Shown piece after piece: positions 27,200 to 38,903 of a stretch of 64,000 bases of DNA. The notes beneath the pieces are model-generated. The model did not search any database. It was not told the origin of the DNA and was given only the letters and a program-made list of their open reading frames with translations. The stretch's first letter is position 1. The number at the start of each line of letters is the position of its first letter. A program made the translations under genes and the position numbers. This DNA comes from Octopus sinensis (taxonomy: Eukaryota), in contig NC_043010.1 in the NCBI RefSeq assembly GCF_006345805.1, positions 45,074,001 through 45,138,000 on the forward strand, in the 5' to 3' direction.

Positions 27200-29880
27200 A
27201 TCATCGTCTGGAGGCGTCGACACAACAGTCACAAAACGTAAAATCCGGGCTGCAGGGATTACTCTGCCTTAAAAGACTGAATGTTGATCATCTTAGGTGT
27301 AATAGTGTTAAAAGAACTTTACGAGCGGAAATGAATGTTGCAGATATTGGGGAGGATTGGCCGAGCCTTAAAAAGTCAGTTTATGATATAGGCAAGAAAG
27401 TTCTGGGATTGATACAAAGAAAGCATCAAGATTGGTTTAAAGAAAATGATCAACATATAGATGATTTATTGACTGATAAAAGACGTACTTTGTCACGCCA
27501 TTTGTCAGCAAAGCCACAGGAGAGGGAAATGTTGTATAGGGAACTCAAGGATGTAAAATCACGTGTGAGGTGGAGGCTCTCACAGATGAAGGATACGTAG
27601 TGGAGTAAGAAGGCTGATGAGATACAGGCAGCGTCGGATTCCAATAACACAAAGCTGTTGTATGGTCTCTTGTGAGAAGTTTATGGTCCGACTTCTCTGA
27701 TGACACCACTTCGAAGCAGGGATGGTAAAGAACTTCTTCGTGATTCACAAGGAATTCTGCGATGGTGGCGAGAACACTTTGATGAACTTTTGAATCAGCA
27801 GTCTGTAGTTAGTGAGGATGTAGTAATCCCTGGATTACCTGTGAAGGCGGCTCTCGCAGAACCACCAAAGTTGGAAGAAGTTGCAGTGGCTGTCTCAAGG
27901 ATGAATAATGGGAAGTCTCCGAGTATGAATGGCATACATGCGGAGTTGTTACAGCATGGTGCTGAGAAACTTCTACAGCCACTTCACTCTCTGTTTGGTA
28001 GGATATGGGCTAGTAAATCTGTACTTGAGGACTGTAGAGATACAGTATATAAGGGAAAGGGCAACAGGAATGATTGTGGTAACTGTAGGGGAATATTGCT
28101 TTCTGTCGTAGGAAAGGTTTTATGCAGAATACTTCTGGATCGTCTGCTGAAACACGTTGCAGATTTTGTTCTTTCAGAAAGTCAATCTGGCTTTCGTGTT
28201 GGGCGCGGCACTGCTGATGTGATCTTTTCAGCTAGACAGCTTCAGGAGAAGTGTGTGGAACAGGGTCTGGATTTATATCAGGTTTTATCGATCTGACAAA
28301 GGCCTTTGATACCGTTAATAGAAATGCATTGTGGAAAGTCCTCCAGAAACTTGGGTATCCTGAAAAGTTCCTTGCTTTGGTTATGTCTTTTCAAAAAGAC
28401 ATGAAGGGTAGGGTTAATATTAGAGGGAAAATATCGGAGCCTATCTCAATACAAAACGGAGGGAAACAGGGGGATATTCTGGCACCGACCCTATTGCCAT
28501 ATATTTTGCGATGGTTTTCTGTATTGGCATTCAAAAACTGCAGATATTGTGTTTACATCCGTTATCGAACCTCTGGCAGCATATTTAATATCAGGCGCTT
28601 TGATGCAAAAACAAAGGTATTTACCTCTATCATAAGAGACCTTTTGTATGCAGATGATTGTGATCTAGTTGCGCACGCAGAGATTGATATGCAACACATT
28701 TGAATGCATTCTTTGGTGCTTGCACTGCCTTAGGATTGACAGTCAATCTCAAGAAAACTGTTGTCATGTACCAACCTACTCTTGGTAAACAGTATAGTGA
28801 ACCAAATATCTATGTGTATAGTAAACGACTTGATGTAGATGATCAGTTTGTCTACTTGGGAAACACTGTTAATAGATATAGCAATTTGGATAATTGAAAT
28901 TACATACAGAATTAGGAAAGCAAGTGATGCTTTCGGAAGGCTGGAAAGGCGCCTCTGGAGTCGGCGAGACATATGCAGGATGACAAAGATAAAAGTGTAC
29001 AAGGCATGTGTGCTCTCTTCTCTTCTTTATGCCTACGAGACGTGGGTCATATATCGATACCACCTTAAACATCTCAGACGGATCTATGTCATTAAGTGGG
29101 AGGACCGCATCAGTAATCTTGAAATATTGGAAAGCTCTCAATGTGAAAGTATAAAAGCTCTTGTGTTAAAGCAAAGGCTCAGATGGAGTGGTCATCTGGT
29201 GAGGATGAAGGATTCAAGGATGCCAAAACAACTCATTTATGGAGAGTTAGCTAAAGGAGAACGACCTCCACATAAACCAAAAAAGAGGTATAAGGACTTG
29301 CTGAATGCTTCCTTAAGAGATGCTTGCATCTCTCCCGACACATGGGAGGGCATAGCTATTGGCCGTAGCAGGTGGAGAAGGATTGTGCATGAAGGGACAG
29401 CTACTTCTGAGAAATCTCGAGTTGCGCATGAGAAAGTAAGGAGGGATGTCAGGAAGAGCATCGCTGTTGCACTTCCAGATGATAAGGGTCTTCCTATGAT
29501 GCTGACATGCAGTGTCTGTGCAAGACCCTGCCTCAGTAAAGCTGGACTCAAGAGTCATCTTCGTAGTCATAAAGCAAGGCGAGACAGATGATTGACAACC
29601 AGGCCACTGGTGGTGGTGTTACACACCATGCTAATTATATCTGTCAGGTATGTAAAAGGGAGTGTAATTCGGCGGGAGGACTTAAACGACATGCAAAGGT
29701 ACATGAAGCCCAGCTACAACTACAGCTGACTATTGCCAGTAAAAGGTTTTAGCTGCCAATGTCTTTACAAGACATTGTAGATCTTTAGCTGGGCTAAAGA
29801 GTCACGTTCGATCATAGCACCGATAACAGTTAAGCCTCGTGCAATTGGCCATACTCGATAGCGAGGGGGCATCCATCATG
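27200..29880 (+). mobile_element. 5'-truncated, degraded RTE-clade LINE (RT plus C-terminal C2H2 fingers)
   Basis: HQDWFKEND, GKSPSMNGI, ESQSGFRVGR, IDLTKAFDTVNR, KQGDILAP, LLYADD, RLRWSGHLVRM, CSVCARPCLSKAGLKSHLRSH; several frameshifts and stops. Confidence 0.92.
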
Positions 29881-30204
29881 TATATATGTATGTATATATG
29901 TATGTATGTGCATGTGTATGTATGTATCTATGTATGTGTGTGTTCATGTATACATGCATATGTATGTATGTACGCATGACAGTCTTTATATCCTGCTTAA
30001 CGTGGACATATAGGAGCGTTGTAGCACTGCAGTATTCTCTCAGTCTCTCGTATATGTGTTTAGTGTATAAACATCATAGTGATATCAGTATTTTGTGAAG
30101 CTTGCTGTACGGTTGTCCTACCCTTTATCATATAAAAATGGAAATTTACTTCTATAACATTTTAATCAGGACATATATTAAATGGAAATAACTGCGATAC
30201 TTAC

Positions 30205-30402
30205 TTCTGACGCAATGCGTCTGATCGGTTATCCAATCACAAGTTTTCTTAGTTTCGTCAAAGAAAAGACCTTCTGAACAAACCATTTCCGAGACACGGT
30301 AATCCCCGGCAGTTGGTATACACATTATAAAAAAGTCGCAACGATATGGATGAGCTCGCACTGTGGATAACGACCCATCCTTCATACAATCATTACAATA
30401 TT
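30205..30402 (-). CDS. Pif/LamG3-like gene, exon A (chitin-binding type 2 module)
   Basis: TTTTTTGTAG acceptor, GTAAG donor; 198 nt, phase 1->1. Encodes YCNDCMKDGSLSTVRAHPYRCDFFIMCIPTAGDYRVSEMVCSEGLFFDETKKTCDWITDQTHCVR, with the HP..C..F..C and C..GL.FD....CDW motifs. Confidence 0.9.
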
Positions 30403-30574
30403 CTACAAAAAAAAATAATAACAAAGTTTAAACGTTTTTCCTCCGCTACAGATATTGTTTTTCATGACTATTTTCTCAAACTCGATTTTTCGTAAAACCC
30501 CATCACTCACGTAATTTTTTTATTCTAATGTACCGTCTTGAACCCTCGTGGTAGATAAAAGATCGTTATTATTA

Positions 30575-31130
30575 CTGAGTGAGAGAGCAGCGAATGCCAT
30601 CAAAATGACACTGGGGCATAAATATACGAAACCCAGTATACCCATCATGACTACCCGTCTAATAATTGTACACCAGGCACATGCATTACAACAATATGTT
30701 CATGACATGGTGATCTCATATTAAGATAAATAGCAGATGACCTTGCAGGTGTGGCCCAGTGACAATTTTCTTCAAGCCGAGTAGCCCTTTCTGCTCAAAA
30801 GGTCCCCAAATAAGGGTTGTTAAAGGATGATGAACGAAACACACGTTTCCAGTGGTGAATTATTCAAACCCCAAAGAATTCCTCTCGACACATAGCTACG
30901 ATACTCCCCAACTACTTTTGCTTGTGATCAGAGATGCACATATCATCAGCCACTAATAGACACGCTCAACTGGTTAAGGTCAAACAACTGACAAGCAAAT
31001 CTGTGGTATTGATCAGAATATTTGCTGTGGCTCATCTTTTATACCAAGAAAAGGCATGTTTATGATGGCATTTCCAATCAATTAAGATGAGAAGCCATGA
31101 GAGCCACTGACTGATATTGATTGCATCAAG
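30575..31130 (-). mobile_element. ~500-bp non-coding (TAA)n-associated element (older copy)
   Basis: Homologous to 53458-53960, 58790-59237, 59305-59857 and 60337-60803. Confidence 0.85.
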
Positions 31131-31137
31131 GCAAAAG

Positions 31138-31140
31138 ATT

Positions 31141-31182
<42 letters not shown>

Positions 31183-31247
31183 GCTGCTGCTGCTGCTGTT
31201 GTTGGTGCTGTTCTTCTTATTATTATTATTATTATTAGTAGTAGTAA

Positions 31248-31280
<33 letters not shown>

Positions 31281-31341
31281 AAGAAGAAGAAGAAGAAGAA
31301 GAAGAAGAAGAAGAAGAAGAAGAAGAAGGAAGGAAGGAAGG

Positions 31342-31397
<56 letters not shown>

Positions 31398-31410
31398 CAT
31401 TATTATTATC
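31138..31410. repeat. Compound trinucleotide microsatellite (TTG)-(CTG)-(TTA)-(TAG)-(AAG)-(TTA)
   Basis: Seen directly in the sequence. Confidence 0.95.
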
Positions 31411-31479
31411 ATTATCATTATGTTCCTTCAATTTTGTTTCCATTTCTTGCTGAGAAATCTGTGTCTGTAGAAGTTATCT

Positions 31480-32262
31480 CGAACCGGTAGCACTGCCAGG
31501 CCAAAGACATCTTGAAATTATCCATAACAGTCCCTGACCGAAAAGACCTCCAGAATAAACTTGCCAGTTCATATTCGTTGATGCCTAGGGTCTCCCCAAG
31601 GCCGTCGTCGCTCTTCCACGCTACTAATCCTATGTAAATATCCTAAAGTGGAATATCTACCGATCCTGTTGCTCAACTTGTAGAGACAGTGAGCTCCTGA
31701 CGACATTCTAAGTACCAGGCGCCCAGTCTCGGCCTAGCATTTACTCAAGACTGCGGCTCTGTCAAGGAGACGAGCTGCGGAAAGGCATGTCTTACAAACG
31801 GATCCTACTCACGTTCACCTTCTAGAAACCAATGCAGGTGGCGTAACCTGAGTGCGTGTCTGCGCATTAAAATCCATGGCATTCCTAAGCCGCCACGCAA
31901 ATGAAGTTGGCAGCAGATTGAAGCCTGAACATTGGAACGCGCCCATTCCACAAGGAAAAAAAAACAGGATACGCTCCAATCTAATCAAGCAGTAACATGC
32001 ACAAGACACAACGGTCAGACGATAAATAATGACAGAGGCGATGTAGGCACCTTTCAGGGACAACTTCCTCTGTGCCCATTTCTGGGTAAGAGAGGTCACC
32101 CTATTCGTCACCTCTTCCCAATTCTTATCCACCTGGAGGTTGGGACCAAACCAGATCCTGAATAGTTGCACTGATCCGTCAGTCCAGCGTCCGACGGGCA
32201 TCGATCTGCCTCTCCAAGTGCCCAGTCGCAATCCTATAGACTTGTCGGCATTGATTTTAGCC

Positions 32263-32264
<2 letters not shown>
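31480..32264 (-). mobile_element. Tx1/L1-like LINE internal fragment
   Basis: AKINADKSIGLRLGTWRG..DGSVQLFRIWFGPNLQVDKNWEEV, homologous to 49620-49900; 5' junction in (ATT)n. Confidence 0.85.
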
Positions 32265-32322
<58 letters not shown>

Positions 32323-32331
<9 letters not shown>

Positions 32332-32767
32332 CTCTGAGCGAGGTATAAACAGTAGTTGCCCGACATCGTGAAATATATTTTCCACCTAAATGTGGCTAGC
32401 CCTTAAGGGTTGATGCTACTGTAGCTTGTAGCCCCAGGAAGACATCCCCTCCATTTGGTTATTGACACACTCTCTGTGCCCTATCAGTATTTGCAAAAGG
32501 AAGTCATCCTTCCCATCTCCAGCCTGACATGGTACACACGGACCAGAGTTTCTGGGTATTTATCAGTCATCGGCGTGTGACAACCACCGGCTGGCAATGT
32601 GAAATGGTTCCCAATGCACACTGCCAATAGCCATATAGTGGAAATGTCTTCTTTGGGCTTCAAGCTACAGTAGCATCAACCCTTAAGGGTTAACCACATT
32701 TAGGTGGCAAATATATTTCACGATGTCGTGCAGCTACTGTTTATACCTCGCTCAGAGATTTATTATA
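32323..32767. mobile_element. MITE-like fold-back element with ~122-bp TIRs
   Basis: 32323-32445 is the reverse complement of 32644-32767 (ATAATAAATCTCTGAGCGAGGTATAAACAG...). Confidence 0.85.
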
Positions 32768-32880
32768 GAACGTAAAGGCGGACGAAATGCCTCTAAGCAT
32801 TTCGTCCGGCGCGGTAACGGTTCTGCGAGCTTGCTACCTTTAATAATTATAACATAATAATAATAATAATAATAATAATA

Positions 32881-32930
<50 letters not shown>

Positions 32931-33697
32931 TATTACCCAAATACGTAAACACACCTTTTATTGCAACAACAGAATTGAATATCAGTGAATATTAGTATAT
33001 ATATATGTATATATATATATATATAAATTTATATAAATATGGATAAGATCGTTATATAAAATACTGATGTTATCAGGTGGCCAGCATGGGAATAAAAACT
33101 TCAAAGGTAATGATTATTATTAAAATTATAATTAAGGGTATCTAAGAGATACCACCATGCTAGAAATAGCAGCCAAATCTTGACTCTAAAACCACATTAA
33201 ATGTTTATACAGCACCAAGAGAGAAGTCGAAGAGACAGAATAAACTAGCAAAAAAAAAAAGGTGGTTTTAGAGTGAAGTTATGGCTGCTACTTCTAGCAT
33301 GTGGTATCTCTTAAATATACATACATACACACATACATACATACATATACACGCATACACAAATGCATATATTAAATATACTCACTGACTAAATCCTGAT
33401 CTGTGTAAACTTGCGCGTCACATCCTATCAAACAAACCAGAAAGATGACTACAAAAGTGTAATTCATGTTGATGTGATTGTTTGCTTGTATTCGTTACGT
33501 TGTTTCTTTACAGATTTGCTCTTTCCGATGAAGTTTTTGATTTCTCCAAATAGGATAAAACGTTGTCGCAAGGCTTCGTTATGAATGCTAACTCTTGTTT
33601 AAGCTGAACCTTTTTATGCTGAAGGAACCATCCGCACAAACACGTGAATCATTGATTGGGGAGTGTCAAAGCAGTTTGACAGCATGAAAAGGCAAAC

Positions 33698-33769
33698 CTT
33701 TTTCTCATTGTGTCCTTTCACAGTGAAGAAATACCATAAAATAATAAAAACTGAAGCTATCCATGTGAC
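33698..33769 (-). CDS. Candidate signal-peptide exon of the Pif/LamG3-like gene
   Basis: CATTAG ... AAG|GTTTGC; 72 nt, phase 0->0. Encodes VTWIASVFIILWYFFTVKGHNEKK (hydrophobic core then polar). No ATG, and its phase does not join exon A directly. Confidence 0.35.
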
Positions 33770-33894
33770 CTAATGAGTTTCTAATTTAAATTTTATACAA
33801 GTTGAATACCTTATCGATGGGTCTGTCGTTAATTTATTGGATGTGTACATATTTTACTTTCTCTCCCACTCACTCATTCTTTCGCTTTTCACTC

Positions 33895-33941
<47 letters not shown>

Positions 33942-34069
33942 TCTCTTTCTCTCCTTTTGTCCTTCCCTTGTCCCATAACATGCATGTTTTCGTCCACGTT
34001 TAGTAATGTATGTACATATAAAGATTGTAATTGCTGTTACTGCTAGTAAGGTTATTATTATTATTTTCA

Positions 34070-35405
34070 TATACACTAAACAGATTAGACTGATGGAAAA
34101 GCAAAGAATCCTAACATCTGCCTACAACAAGTAGCCTTAGATGCCAAGAACCCTCCTAATTATCCTAACTGTCCTCAATAACACTGTTTTCTACAGCTGT
34201 ACTAAACTGGGTTTTATGCCTATTTCTTCTATCCATCTGTTCAGATTTTTAGTGATAGTTCCCCATGCACCTATAACTACTGGGATATGTTTTACCCGCA
34301 CTTTTCATAGTCTCTTTAATTCAATAGCTAAGTCCTGGTATTTGCTATTTTTTCTATACCTCTCATATTATTTTTTCATCATTTGGGACTGTAATCAGGC
34401 CTTCTAACTTCTATTACTCCGTCAGTCTGAATGTTAAAGTTCCACAACATCTTGTATTTCTTACTTTCTAGTACTTTACTACGTTCATATTCATACCATT
34501 TATCAGTGTGGTCAAATCCTAGATTTCAACATATTGCCATGTCTTTTCTTATATTCTTTCTGTGCCAAGATGCTACATTCACTTACTATATGAACAACGC
34601 TTTCCATTTTTGCTTTGCATAATCTACATTGGGAATCTAATGGTTTTTATCCAACTTGGCTTTTATCCAGTTAGTCCTAAATGCTTGATGTTGTGCAGCT
34701 ACTAACAAACTTTCTGTCTCCCTTTTCAGCTTTCCTTTCTGTAACCATAACCATGTCTCACTACAACTATTTGCAGCAACTATCTTTAGGAATCTACCAT
34801 GTAACGCCTTCTCCTGCCAGCCAGATAATTTCTGTTCTTTTTTTTCCGATTTTTAACTTTGTTTTGGGTTTTTGGCTTCCCTATATCTTGCTGTGACTCT
34901 AGCAGCTTTTAATAAACTTTCTTCACTATTACCTACATAAGAGTCTATATCTACTCTAGCTAACTCCATGCAGTCTTCTACTGCTATTAACTTTCTTCTG
35001 CCTTCCTTTCTAGGTAGGTATAATCTTGCTACTCCTGTTCTTGGGTCGAGTACTCCATTCATATTGAATTCCTTCCTAGTTCTTCTGTCTAACTTTGCTA
35101 ATTCACTTTTTGTCCAGTCTACAAAAACTATTGAGCATCTGAGTGATGATACTGCCCAAATATTTACAGCTTCCACTAGATTCGGACCATTTAGCTTTGA
35201 TTTCTTTAGCTTCTTCTCCCTTGTGATGTACTCCGTCTCAATTTTCGTTTTCATTTCTGTAGTTAGTACTCTGTCAGATTCTAATACTCCTAGATATTTA
35301 TAACTTTCTCCTCCTTTCATTGATTTTAATGTCTGGCCATCTGGCAATTGGGTGCCTTTGTTGTTGACTACCAGTCCTCTTCTCATGACTAATATTGCAC
35401 ACTTA
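34070..35405 (-). mobile_element. R4/Dong-clade LINE fragment
   Basis: ESYKYLGVLE..LYLPRKEGRRKL and C-terminal KVVPVIVGA-type remnants; (TAA)n at both ends. Confidence 0.85.
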
Positions 35406-35411
35406 TCTATG

Positions 35412-35474
<63 letters not shown>

Positions 35475-35589
35475 GAGCACGATTCGATTGTAGTAGATAT
35501 GTAATTGGTTGAACGATAATTCTGTCTTTGTCAAATTCAAAATAAGAGGTGATAAAAGTTCAAAATTATAGAAATTCAAATTTAAAGTA

Positions 35590-35788
35590 TGAACGAGAGC
35601 AACCAGCGTCCACACGTTAATGGAAATAGGAGAATTTTAATCAAACTGTTTGATTAAATATTCTTTTCCCTTTTCTTTTTTCTTTTCTCGTTTTTTTCTG
35701 TCTTTTTCTTTTCGCCTGTTATAAAATTGAAACTTAAAGACTAATGATGTCATTCCATTAATGTGTGGACGTTGGTTGTTCACGTTCC
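35590..35788. mobile_element. Small MITE-like element, ~40-bp imperfect TIRs, TA flanks
   Basis: AACCAGCGTCCACACGTTAATGGAA (35601) versus TTCCATTAATGTGTGGACGTTGGTT (ending 35777). Confidence 0.6.
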
Positions 35789-35789
35789 T

Positions 35790-36470
35790 ACATTAAGTTT
35801 AAATTTCTTTAATTTTGAATTGTTATCGCCTCTTATTTTTCGAACTTCATAGTCGCACTGAATCATAAAATCCCATAGGATCTTTGCATTATCATTTTCG
35901 ATGATGCCTTCAGATTTAGACGTTTTTGCTCTGTCAACTCCATACTTGTTGTAAGGTGTCCCGTGGACAATCCTTGCTATATGACGTCTCTTATATTCTT
36001 TCTGGGCTAGTGGCATACATTGGTTGGTAATATGCCATACGGTTTCACCATTTTGTCCACAAATTCTGTACTTATCACTTTCTGGTGTGTTGTGTATTCT
36101 GTATTTGATGTAACTGGTTCTGAATGCTTGCTCTTAGGCTGCACAGATTAGAGTCTCCGTTTCCGGTTTTAATTCACTTTTAGTCATCCATAGCCATCTT
36201 TTTTCTCTGTCTGTCTTATCTTCAACATCCCTATGAAATTGTCCATATATTCTTTTCTTTATCCACCTATTTTCTGTTTCATTCATTCTCAAGTGCTTGT
36301 ACAGCGCTTTATCTTTGCAATCTTTCACCCGACACAAGCCTGACCTTCTTACTTCCAGTAATAGTGGTTCTGTGGCATTTTTCACGTACCATTCTATGGT
36401 GTTTTCTTCTGCTCTAACGCAACGCTGTGTTCGCATCAAATCAGTCCTTTTCCCTTTTTTTTTTCTTGGT
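35790..36470 (-). mobile_element. R4/Dong-clade LINE fragment
   Basis: WLWMTKSELKPETETLICAA and ENDNAKILWDFMIQCD motifs. Confidence 0.8.
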
Positions 36471-36529
36471 ACATACAGTCTGTCTGTGTTATTATTATTA
36501 TTGTTGTTGTTCTTGTTGTTGTAGCTATC

Positions 36530-38867
36530 ATTTTTATTATTATATTAGGTTTTGTAGGAACTCCTGGAATCTTGCATGTGTAGCGGCTTACTGCCTGCAG
36601 CCCACAAAATATACTTGCTATTTGTTCTTTCAACTATCTAATACTTAACTGATTGTGCTGGCTGTGCCAAGGAAGCAAACTTTTTGTAACAGTTCTACTG
36701 AAAAATCTATTCCGATTTCCTTTATATTCCTCTTGATGCCTTCTGATACTGTCCTCGAGGACCCAACAGTAATTAGCACAGCCTGCACCTTCTTTATTTT
36801 CTATAGCCGGGCTATTTCGTACTTAAAAGGGTTGTATTTACCTATGTTTACGTCTTCTTTCTTGACTTTATTCGTGGGTCAAAGAGGCACGCAACATCAA
36901 CTATATAGCACATGTAGTGCATCTTGTCCACCTCCTCTAGGTCCGGTTTGTTACGCTCTAGCTCCTGATCTGTTTTGATTGGGAAATCCCAGAGGATTTT
37001 GCAAGTCTCCAGCTTCGCCACTCTCTGCGGTTTGTGCTCATCTTACTTCTTGCCTCTCCCTATCCCCCACTCTTCACATAGTTTCCATCGTAGCACTTTC
37101 GCTACCTCATCGTGTCGCCACAACTTGTAAGCAGTTTTGGGAAAGTCTAGGGCATTCGTTTGTGATATGGACAATCGTTTCATCCACTCTATTACAGATG
37201 TGACATAGCGGAAACTCTTGCCCATTCCCAAAGTTGACCCTCCAGTTCACGGCCAAAGCTTGGCCTTCCACTGCCAGTATAGTGCTCTTGGTCTTTTTTT
37301 GTTCAGTGTTCTTTTACTCAGCCAATGCCGCCAATGTTTCCCAACATCTGCAGTGGCAATATGAAATTGATTGTGTAATCCATTGTTGTTGCGTGATGCT
37401 TCTTCATGCCTTCTTTATACTTCTTCCGTTGTTTTTCCTTTTTTCTCTGCTTTCAATACTTCCTTGTTCCTAACTGACACTAGCAAGGTTTCTTTATTTT
37501 GAGATAGGTATCTCATTAAACTCCCAATTTCGATACGTACGCAGTCTTCCACATTTGTCAGTCCCCTTTCTCCATTTGCTCACTTCGTGTAAAGGCGATC
37601 AGTGTCTGCACGTGGATGATGCGTTTCATGCATCGTTAGGAGCTTTCTTGTTTTCTTATCCAACACCTTTAGCTCCTCTATTCACTTCAGGATTCCAGCA
37701 CCATACCAAAGTAATGGACCTGCGCGTGAGCTTATTGCCGAAATTATGCTTTGAAGCCAATATTTTTCTCACTCACCGCAGGTACTCTTTCTTTTCTTTC
37801 ATGCCGTGGTGTGTTATTCCATCTGCTTCAAGTATCCCCAGGTATTTATAACTGGATTCAGGTTCAATTCCCTTCGTCATTTCACCACTTGGCATACATA
37901 TGCCTTCTCTCCTGACAAGCTATCCTCGTCTCATCACCATCCCAGCACATTTTGAACGTCGAAACTCCGTCTTGATATTCAAGAAAATCCGCACAGACTG
38001 GACTAGGCTGTCCAGTTCTGTCTCCCATTTTGTATACAACTTCAAGTCATCCATGAATAGCAAGTGGTTTAGTCTTCCCTTTCCTCTTCCCATATCGTAC
38101 CCCAACTTTGTCTTCTGTGGTATTTCACTCAAGGGGATCACTGGGGACACACTGTTCCCATGGAAAATTCCTCTCTTGATTTTCAGGTCTCCTATTACCT
38201 GATTCCCTGCTGTTGATTCAGTTCTCCAGCATTTCATATTGTTCCATATAAGGTTTCTTATGTTTTCTGCAACTCCATATACTTCCGTGGCTTTTGTAAT
38301 CCAGGAGTGTGGTATCATATCGTATGTTTTACGATAGTCAGTCTATGCCATATTCAGGGTTGTGTATCTTCTCTTGCGGTTTCTGATAATTAGATTATCA
38401 ATTAACAGCTGATCTTTCGTTTCCCGCTCTTCTTTCGACATCCTTTCTGTTTAATAGCTAGAAGCCCACTTTTTTCTAAGTATCTATACAGATCATTGGC
38501 CAGAGTACTTGACATAGTTTCCACATTAGCGGAAGATACGTTATTGGTTGAAAGTTGGATGCAATATTACCCTTTATCTGATCCTTGCCGCCTAACAATG
38601 TCTTTCCCTTTGTCATCCAGCTGGGTACTGCATCTTCTTTCAAGCACTCATCTAGGTGTTGCGCTATCCTTTCATGTAGCCTGCGCAGCTTCTTCATTCA
38701 ATAACCTTGCATCTCATTCGGTCCTGGGCTCTTCTAATTTAGATATTTCCTTAACTATTTTCTTTAGCATTTCTGTAGTTCTTTTTATGTTCTCTTGGCC
38801 TTCTATTTTTCTTAACCAATCTTGGATTATTTGTCGGAGCTCCTGGAGTCTTGCATGCCTAGCGAGC

Positions 38868-38870
<3 letters not shown>
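36530..38870 (-). mobile_element. R4/Dong-clade LINE, degraded RT to RLE region
   Basis: NFQPITYLPLMWKL, GIFHGNSVSP, HLLFMDDLKLY, YKYLGILE and RHDEVAKVLRWKLC; 3' end at TAA repeats. Confidence 0.85.

Positions 38871-38903
<33 letters not shown>

Noticed and set aside
30511-30544. 34-nt phase 0-1 mini-exon (GSRRYIRIKKL) that would bridge the signal exon and exon A
   Set aside because: Good GTGAGT donor, but it needs a rare GAG acceptor and the peptide is uninformative; not supportable without transcripts.
33525-33570. Hammerhead-like motif CCGATGAAG...AAAACGTTGTC
   Set aside because: Two core substitutions and no helix II; could be chance.
33870-34076. MKIIIITLLAVTAITIFIC signal-peptide-like ORF
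   Set aside because: Built from the TAA tail of a Dong fragment and runs into (GA)n; no suitable splice donor seen.
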